Assembly (NCBI GenBank): GCA_965243135.1
Contig: OZ251539.1
Span: 3,104,001 to 3,168,000 of the forward strand
Direction of reading: 5' to 3'
Length of the DNA stretch: 64,000 nucleotides
Source: Alphaproteobacteria bacterium
GTDB lineage: Bacteria; Pseudomonadota; Alphaproteobacteria; MPNO01; UBA830
Shown: positions 57,823 to 64,000 of the stretch, one piece after another
Layout of the letters: every line of letters begins with the position of its first letter
Position numbering within the stretch: position 1 is the stretch's first letter
Made by a program: the position numbers and the translations under genes
The notes under the pieces: generated by a model
Seen by the model: the letters and a program-made list of their open reading frames with translations, nothing else
Databases searched by the model: none
Told to the model about the DNA's origin: nothing

Positions 57823-58407
57823 TCATCGTCGCGTCTTCTTGCGCAGCACGCGCAGGAGGCCGCCGATCCTGCCTCCGCTCTGAGCGATCACGGACGCGAA
57901 TTCGTCGCGCTGCGTCACGCTCATGCTGACGCCCTCGACCAGCACGTCCGTTATCTTGAACCCGTGGTCCGCCCCGCGGATTCGCCAGTTGACCTTGACC
58001 GGCGACGAGCCTCCCGCCTCGATCTCCGAAAGCACGAGCGTCTGTCCGCCCGTCAGCTCTTCCGATCGGAGGACGGTGAGTTTCTTGTCGCCGAGATCCC
58101 GAAATCTGTTGGCGTAGGCCAGGACGAGATATTTCTCGAACAGCGACGAGAACTCGCGCCTCTCCTCCTCCGACGCCGCGCGCCAGTAACGTCCGAGCAC
58201 GAAACGCGTGATCGCGGGCAAATCGAACGCCTCGTTCAGAAAGCCCCGGAACCGGCGGGCGTGTTCGGCCGAATCCAGTCCCTCCTCGCCGAGGGACGAA
58301 AGCACTCGGGCCCCCGTCTCGCTTACGAACGCTTCCGGCGAGGACGCGCCGGCGGAAAGCGGGAAAATCAGAAGCGCTCCCAAAATCGGCAACGCGCGTC
58401 GTAACAT
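57823..58407 (-). CDS. mlaC: MlaC/Ttg2D family periplasmic phospholipid-binding protein
   Basis: Signal peptide, FDLPAITRFVLGRYWR, KITDVLVEGVSM..TQRDEF. Confidence 0.85.
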   Translation of the reverse strand: MLRRALPILGALLIFPLSAGASSPEAFVSETGARVLSSLGEEGLDSAEHARRFRGFLNEAFDLPAITRFVLGRYWRAASEEERREFSSLFEKYLVLAYANRFRDLGDKKLTVLRSEELTGGQTLVLSEIEAGGSSPVKVNWRIRGADHGFKITDVLVEGVSMSVTQRDEFASVIAQSGGRIGGLLRVLRKKTRR

Positions 58408-58488
58408 GTTGTCTCTCCGGTTGCGGCGGTGCGGGCACGCGGGCGGAACCCTTCGCCGTGAAACGAAAACGCGGGCTTCGCCGCCCCC

Positions 58489-59280
58489 TTACTCGAACAG
58501 ATCCATGATCCAGCGTCGAATCGGATTCAACCGGTCCGATTCGACGCGCGGCTGTTCCGGGTCGCTGGGAGCGCCGTTCCGGATCATGTCGGCGCGGCGC
58601 TGACGATAGAGACTCCGAACGGCGGCGTAGAAATCCAGCGACCGTTCCTCAAGCTCGTTGAACTGGTCGTAGTTGCGGGCGCGGGAATCGACGGCCCGGC
58701 CCGCCGTCGCGCCAAGCCGGAGCTCCTCGGAAGCCAGGCGCGGAAACGGATCGATCACGGAATCGACCGCCGTTCCGACGCCGTCCCTTAAATTGGCCGG
58801 TCCGATGATCGGAAGCATGAGATACGGACCGGCGCCGACGCCCCAGATCGCGAGGGTCTGGCCGAAGTCCTCCTCGTGCTCCGGGAGCCCGAATTCGGCG
58901 GCGACGTCGTTTATGCCGAAAACGCCCATGCTCGAATTCATCGCGAAACGCACCATGACCGTTCCGGCGCGGTCCAGTTCGCCCTGCATCAGGTCGTTGG
59001 CGAACGTCACCGGGCTGCCCATGTTCGACAGGAAATTGTGAACGTTGTCGCGCAGGGGCGCCGGCACGCACCGCCTGTAGACGTACGCCACGGGCTTCAG
59101 GACTGCCTTGTCGAGGACGAGATTGAATTCCAGGACCGCGCGGTTGAGCGGCTCGAGAGGATCGTTGATCTTGCGGAACGCCGCGGTCGCTTCGGCGTCT
59201 TCCGCCGGCGGCGGCGTCGCGCACCCTGAAATCGCGGCGGCCAGAGCGCAGGCGGCGAGCGCTCGAATCGTCAATCTCAT
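58489..59280 (-). CDS. mlaA: MlaA/VacJ lipoprotein
   Basis: Lipobox ISGC, NDPLEPLNR, EDFGQTL..WGV..GPYLMLP..GP, DFYAAVRS.Y.QRR. Confidence 0.9.
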   Translation of the reverse strand: MRLTIRALAACALAAAISGCATPPPAEDAEATAAFRKINDPLEPLNRAVLEFNLVLDKAVLKPVAYVYRRCVPAPLRDNVHNFLSNMGSPVTFANDLMQGELDRAGTVMVRFAMNSSMGVFGINDVAAEFGLPEHEEDFGQTLAIWGVGAGPYLMLPIIGPANLRDGVGTAVDSVIDPFPRLASEELRLGATAGRAVDSRARNYDQFNELEERSLDFYAAVRSLYRQRRADMIRNGAPSDPEQPRVESDRLNPIRRWIMDLFE

Positions 59281-59327
59281 GCCCGGTCACTCGCAACCCG
59301 TTTCCGCCGGAAGCGGCGGCCCGCGCC

Positions 59328-61700
59328 TTATGTAGCGGATTCGCGGCGATTATCAACCGCCTTGCGGCCGCCCGAAGAGCCTTTTCCGACGAGCCAGGCG
59401 CCGAGCGCCGGCAGAAGAACGACGGCGCCGACCATGTTCACGAGAAACATGAACGTCAGGACCGTTCCCATGTCGGCCTGGAACTTGAGCGGGGCGGCGA
59501 TCCACGTCGCCACGCCCGCCGTCAGCGTAAGGCCCGTGAGCACGACGCCGGCGCCCGTGACGGCAAGCGTCTTCTCGTACGCCGCGGCGAATTCCAGGCC
59601 CTCCGCCAGGCAGGCGCGAAGCCGCCCGTAGACGTAGATTCCGTAGTCCACTCCGATGCCGACGCCGAGGGCGACCACGGGCAGGGTCGAGATCTTGAGT
59701 CCGATCTCGAGCGCCGCCATGAGCGCGTACGCGAGCAGGGAAACGACCGCGAGCGGCGCGACGATGCAGGCGGTCGCCGCCGCCGAGCGGAAGGAAACCA
59801 GGCACAGCGCGATTATCGCGGCGTAGACGTAGCCGAGAATCGGGAACTGGGACGCCTCGACCTCTTCGTTGGTCGCCGCCATCACGCCGACGTTGCCGGC
59901 GGCCAGCCGGAAGGCGACGGGGACCTCGGGGTCCGCGGCGCGGTAGTTCTTGACGGCGGCGACGATCCGCTCGATGGTTTCGGCCTTGTGGTCGACGGTG
60001 TAGATCGACACCGGCATCAGGCTGCAGTCGGTGTTGAGAAGGCCGCTGCCGGTGGGCACCGGCGAGACGGCCTGAACGAGGGAATACCGATTGCGCGGCA
60101 AGGCGCGCCACTTGAGGTTGCCTTCGTTCCAGCTCGCGTTGACGTTGCGGGCGATTCCGGCGAGTCCGCGCACGGACCGAACGCCCTCGACGTTCAGCAT
60201 CCGCCACTCGAAATCGTCGACGACGCTCAATATCCCGTGGTCGATGCAGCCTTCGGGAACGGTTTCCGCGATCACGGTCAGCACGTCGACGCCGATGTCG
60301 AAGCGTTCGCCGATGATCGCCGCGTCGCGGTTGTACGTGGAGTCCGCGCGCAGTTCCGGCACGCCCCGATGCTCGTCTCCGATGCGAACCTCGGGCGCGA
60401 GGCGCGCCCCGACGGCCAGAAGCGCGGCGGCCGCGGCGATCGCGGCGATCGCCGGACGCCGCCGCGCCGTCCGCGCGACGCGCGACCAGACCGGCAGGAG
60501 AAAGGCGTCCCGCGCCCGCGCCGAAGCGCGCTGCGCGTCGTCCGCCTCGAAGTACGACAGCAGGACCGGGAGCAGCGCCAGATTGGTGAGGATGATGGCG
60601 GCGACCCCGAGGCTCGCCGTAATCGCGATTTCCCGTATGACCGGCGCCTCGATGAAGGAGATGGTCACGAAGCCGACGGAGTCGGAGACGAGCGCCACCG
60701 CTCCCGGCAGGAGCAGGCGGCGGAAGGCGCTTCGCGCGGCGTCCGGGCCGCTCGCGCCGTCGATCGTTTCCGAGCGCACGGCGCACATCATCTGCACCCC
60801 GTGGCTGACGCCGATCGCGAACACCAGGAACGGCACGAGTATGGACATCGGATCCATTCCGAAACCCAGCATCGTCAGGCCGCCGAGCTGCCAGACCACC
60901 GCCGCGAGCGAGCAGGCCAGAGGCGCCGCGGTCAGGCGCAGGGATCTGGTGTAGGCGTACAGAAGCGACGCGGTGATCAGGAACGCGACAGCGAAGAACG
61001 CGACCACCTGCGTCGCGCCCGCCGCGACGTCGCCCACGATCTTGGCGAAGCCGACAATATGGACGTCCACGTCGGCGCGGGCGAGAGCGGACGCGCGGAT
61101 GTCCTCGAGCCGCCGCGCGACCTGTATGTAATCGAGCCGCTCGCCGGTGTTGGGGTCGAATTCCTGCAAGCGTCCGGCGACCAGCGCGCCGCTGAAGTCG
61201 TTCGCCGCCAGAAGGCCGACGACGCCGGCCTTGCGGACGTTCTCGCGCACCCGCGCGAATCCCGCCGCGTCCGGCTCGAAATCCGCCGGCATGACGTTGC
61301 CCGCGACGACTCCGTCCTCGACGACCTCGATGTAGCGCACGTTCGGGGTGAGGATGGAGCGCACCTGGGTCCGGTCGACGCCGGGCAGGAAGAACATCGC
61401 GTCGGTGACCTCGCGCAACGCCCCGAAGAAGTCCGGCGTGAACATGTCGCCGTCGCGCGCCAGCAGGGCGATCGCGACTCTGTCGGCGCCGCCGAATTCG
61501 TCGCGGTGCTCGAGGAAAACCTTCATGTAGTCGTGTTCGACCGGGATCAGCTTGGTGAAGCCGGCGTCGATCCGCAGTTCCGAGGCGAACCAGCCCATCG
61601 CCGCGGTGACGAGGAAGAATACGGCGAGCACGAGCCGGCGGCTGGCGAACAGCAGCGTTTCGACGCGCGCCGCGAGGGACGCGTTGGGCGCGGCCGGCAT
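59328..61700 (-). CDS. RND/MMPL family transporter
   Basis: Two sterol-sensing-like TM halves, PFLVFAIGVSHGVQ, LGVGIGVDYGIY, LKFQADMG; start MPAAPN. Confidence 0.88.
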   Translation of the reverse strand: MPAAPNASLAARVETLLFASRRLVLAVFFLVTAAMGWFASELRIDAGFTKLIPVEHDYMKVFLEHRDEFGGADRVAIALLARDGDMFTPDFFGALREVTDAMFFLPGVDRTQVRSILTPNVRYIEVVEDGVVAGNVMPADFEPDAAGFARVRENVRKAGVVGLLAANDFSGALVAGRLQEFDPNTGERLDYIQVARRLEDIRASALARADVDVHIVGFAKIVGDVAAGATQVVAFFAVAFLITASLLYAYTRSLRLTAAPLACSLAAVVWQLGGLTMLGFGMDPMSILVPFLVFAIGVSHGVQMMCAVRSETIDGASGPDAARSAFRRLLLPGAVALVSDSVGFVTISFIEAPVIREIAITASLGVAAIILTNLALLPVLLSYFEADDAQRASARARDAFLLPVWSRVARTARRRPAIAAIAAAAALLAVGARLAPEVRIGDEHRGVPELRADSTYNRDAAIIGERFDIGVDVLTVIAETVPEGCIDHGILSVVDDFEWRMLNVEGVRSVRGLAGIARNVNASWNEGNLKWRALPRNRYSLVQAVSPVPTGSGLLNTDCSLMPVSIYTVDHKAETIERIVAAVKNYRAADPEVPVAFRLAAGNVGVMAATNEEVEASQFPILGYVYAAIIALCLVSFRSAAATACIVAPLAVVSLLAYALMAALEIGLKISTLPVVALGVGIGVDYGIYVYGRLRACLAEGLEFAAAYEKTLAVTGAGVVLTGLTLTAGVATWIAAPLKFQADMGTVLTFMFLVNMVGAVVLLPALGAWLVGKGSSGGRKAVDNRRESAT

Positions 61701-62641
61701 CACTCGATTCGCGCGAGGCGGCGGACGCCGAACTCTCCGGTCAGCAAGGCGCCGTCCCCGACCGCCAGCGCCGACGTGATGCCCCTGCGCGTGGGCGAGC
61801 GGATCGGCGACGCGGTCCGTCCGCCGTCCCTGCTCGCGAGCAGGGCGCCGTCGAGCCCGGTCACGAGTATCAGGCCGGACCGCAACCGCGCGACGCTGGT
61901 GAGGGTCGCGGAAACGCCGGTCGGCACCCGCGTCCAGGTGCCGCCGCCGTCGGCGGTCAGGAACAAATGGCCCCGGAGGCCGGCCACGAGCAGACGGTTC
62001 TCGTCGAGCGCGAGCGCGCCGAACCACGAACCGGAATACGGAGAGGGCAATTTGCGCCAGCTGCGTCCGCCGTCGTCGGAGCGATAGAGAACGCCCGCTT
62101 CCGCCGCGATGAACAGGCGCGCCGGACCGGCCGCGACGAGCGCGTTCAGATGGTGGTCTTCTTCGCCGATCGCGCGCGGGGTCCAGCTGCGTCCGCCGTC
62201 CTCGGTGGAGAGGAAGCTTCCGTAAGCGCCGATCGCGAAACCGGCGTTCTCGTCGCGGAACCAGATATCGAACAGCGGACTGTCTTCCTCCGGCGCGCGG
62301 CGAACGATTCGCCAGGTTTCCGCGCCGTCGTCGGTGCGCAGGATCACCGCGTCGTGTCCGACCGCGAAACCGGTGCGCGAGTCGCGCATATGGACCGCCG
62401 TGAGCAACGCGCGCACGGGAACCCGCGCCTGTTTCCAGGTCTCGCCGCGGTCGTCGGAGAAGAGAACGTGTCCGCGCTCGCCGACGACGACCAGCCGCCG
62501 CCCGGCGATGGCGGCGTCAAGCAGCAGCGACTCGATCGCGAGCGGCGCCTCCACGGCGGGCGCCGGCTCGGCGCCGGCCGGAAGCCAGTGCAGCGCGGCG
62601 CCGGCGAAGCCGGCGGCGAGCGTTCGGCGAAGTCCCCGCAC
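61700..62641 (-). CDS. YCF48-like BNR/Asp-box beta-propeller protein
   Basis: VGERGHVLFSDDRGETW, AVGHDAVIL.TDDG..TW and repeated S.DGG.SW boxes. Confidence 0.88.
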   Translation of the reverse strand: MRGLRRTLAAGFAGAALHWLPAGAEPAPAVEAPLAIESLLLDAAIAGRRLVVVGERGHVLFSDDRGETWKQARVPVRALLTAVHMRDSRTGFAVGHDAVILRTDDGAETWRIVRRAPEEDSPLFDIWFRDENAGFAIGAYGSFLSTEDGGRSWTPRAIGEEDHHLNALVAAGPARLFIAAEAGVLYRSDDGGRSWRKLPSPYSGSWFGALALDENRLLVAGLRGHLFLTADGGGTWTRVPTGVSATLTSVARLRSGLILVTGLDGALLASRDGGRTASPIRSPTRRGITSALAVGDGALLTGEFGVRRLARIE

Positions 62642-62752
62642 TATTTTTCGGTCGCGCGGCCCGGCGGCGTCTCCGCGCGCGCCGCCGCGGCGCAGGCCGG
62701 GCGCCTCCGAAGGTCGCGGCCGCCGGGCAAGTCGCTCGCGGGACCGCCGGGC

Positions 62753-64000
62753 CTACCGCCGGCCCTGGCGGCGCAGCGCCGCCGGGGTGAAATCGCGAGA
62801 CTTGAAGTTCGCGTCCCAGGTGCACATGGAGTACTCGTTGTCGAGTCCGAGGGCGAGATAACGGCCCGCCTGCAAATCCGTGTGAACTTCGAGCGTCGGC
62901 CAAATCAGCGGCTTTTCGTAGTAGTTGACGACGTGGCCTTCCGAGACGCGCCACAGCTGATCGCGATTGTCGTAGATGTCGACCAGCAGGATCTGCCAGG
63001 AATCCTCGTCGAGATAGAACGTGCGCCGCTTGTATATGTGGCTGGCGCCTTCCTTGAGGGTCGCGTCCACCACCCAGACCCTGTGCAACTCGTAGCGCAG
63101 ATGCTCCGGATTGACGTGAAGCGGCGTGAGGATGTCGGAGAAGGCGAGCTTGTCGCTGTGCAGCTTGTAGGAATTATAGGGCACGTAGAGTTCCCGCTTT
63201 CCGACGAGGCGCCAGTCGTAGCGGTCGACGGCGCCGTTGAACATGTCGAACTGATCGGCGGTGCGCAGCCCGTCGGTGGTCGTGCCCGGGTTGTCGTAAG
63301 CGATGTTCGGGGCGCGGCGCACGCGGCGCTGCCCCGGGTTGTAGACCCAGGCGTTGCGGGGTTCCCGGAACTGGTTGATCGTTTCGTGCACCAGCACGAT
63401 GTCTCCCGCGAGCCTCGCGGGAGACAGCACGCTCTGCTTGAACAGGATCATCGTGTTGCCGAGCTTCTCCGCCGTCATGCCCGGCAGGGAGTAACGGACC
63501 TCGACGTCGATTCCGTACTTCACCATGGTGTAGGCGCCGCCCCGGGTCACCGCGGCCTGTCCGATGGCGCATCGGATCGTCTCTCCCCGATAGCGCAGCA
63601 GGTGATTCCAGATCGCCTCCAGCCCGTCGGCCGGAATGGGGAACGGGATGCCGACGGCCGCGTTGTCGACGCCGTTTCCGCCGTCGGCCAGTTTCGCGGC
63701 GGCGGCGGTCTTGCGTGTCGCGTCGTAGATCCGTTGCGGCGCCGAGGCGCTGCGCCGGGTCGGATAGACGGTCAGCCGGAAAGACGGGTAGGTCTCCAGG
63801 ATGCGTTGATGTCCGACGGAAAGGCGGTCGCGGTGGCGATCCAGATTGGCGGCGTCGATCGTCATGCGCGGGCGGTCGCCGGCGAAGGGATCGCGATGAT
63901 GCTCTCCGCGCTCGTAGCCGGCGGGCGGCGACGTTATGCCGCCGGTCCACTCGGGGATGGTGCCGTCGGCGTTGCCCGCCCGCTCGCCGCCGAGAGGAGT
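62753..64000 (-). CDS. DUF1329 (LolA-like) periplasmic protein, 5' partial
   Basis: Frame open to window edge: TPLGGERAGNADGTIPEWTGG, PFPIP..GLE.IWNH, W.YNPGQRRVRRAP, RYELHRVWVV, DEDSW. Confidence 0.88.
   Translation of the reverse strand, partial: TPLGGERAGNADGTIPEWTGGITSPPAGYERGEHHRDPFAGDRPRMTIDAANLDRHRDRLSVGHQRILETYPSFRLTVYPTRRSASAPQRIYDATRKTAAAAKLADGGNGVDNAAVGIPFPIPADGLEAIWNHLLRYRGETIRCAIGQAAVTRGGAYTMVKYGIDVEVRYSLPGMTAEKLGNTMILFKQSVLSPARLAGDIVLVHETINQFREPRNAWVYNPGQRRVRRAPNIAYDNPGTTTDGLRTADQFDMFNGAVDRYDWRLVGKRELYVPYNSYKLHSDKLAFSDILTPLHVNPEHLRYELHRVWVVDATLKEGASHIYKRRTFYLDEDSWQILLVDIYDNRDQLWRVSEGHVVNYYEKPLIWPTLEVHTDLQAGRYLALGLDNEYSMCTWDANFKSRDFTPAALRRQGRR

Overview
GC-rich alphaproteobacterial chromosome window (Rhodospirillales-like FtsZ tail and dcw gene order; secreted ankyrin and coiled-coil repeat proteins suggest a host-associated, possibly sponge-type, symbiont, which is inference only). 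Core content: TTT transporter, rnpB, amidohydrolase, djlA, amidase, the full dcw cluster (mraZ to ftsZ, lpxC, bamD, recN, ligA), aminopeptidase P, prmA, uvrD, a PDZ serine protease, a ClC-CBS channel, class II ribonucleotide reductase, mlaC/mlaA and an RND-YCF48-DUF1329 operon cut by the right edge. Three accessory patches stand out. (1) 311-3298: a tandem ~500-bp cassette array (structured non-coding element, promoter, small TM/coiled-coil gene varying by one heptad) next to a GmrSD-like DUF262/DUF1524 nuclease. (2) 10702-13547: a decayed Dam-type methyltransferase followed by intact ParB/Srx-fold and Mrr-like nuclease genes, a candidate defence system, with a cluster of alphaproteobacterial LexA boxes just before mraZ. 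(3) 46893-54860: two divergent, paralogous Slam (type XI secretion) plus TbpB-like surface lipoprotein cassettes. Each carries a homopolymer in a position typical of phase-variation switches: C18 between a -35 and -10, and G12 right after a lipobox Cys. An ankyrin protein and an adhesin remnant follow. All calls come from motif recognition by eye; no database searches were run.
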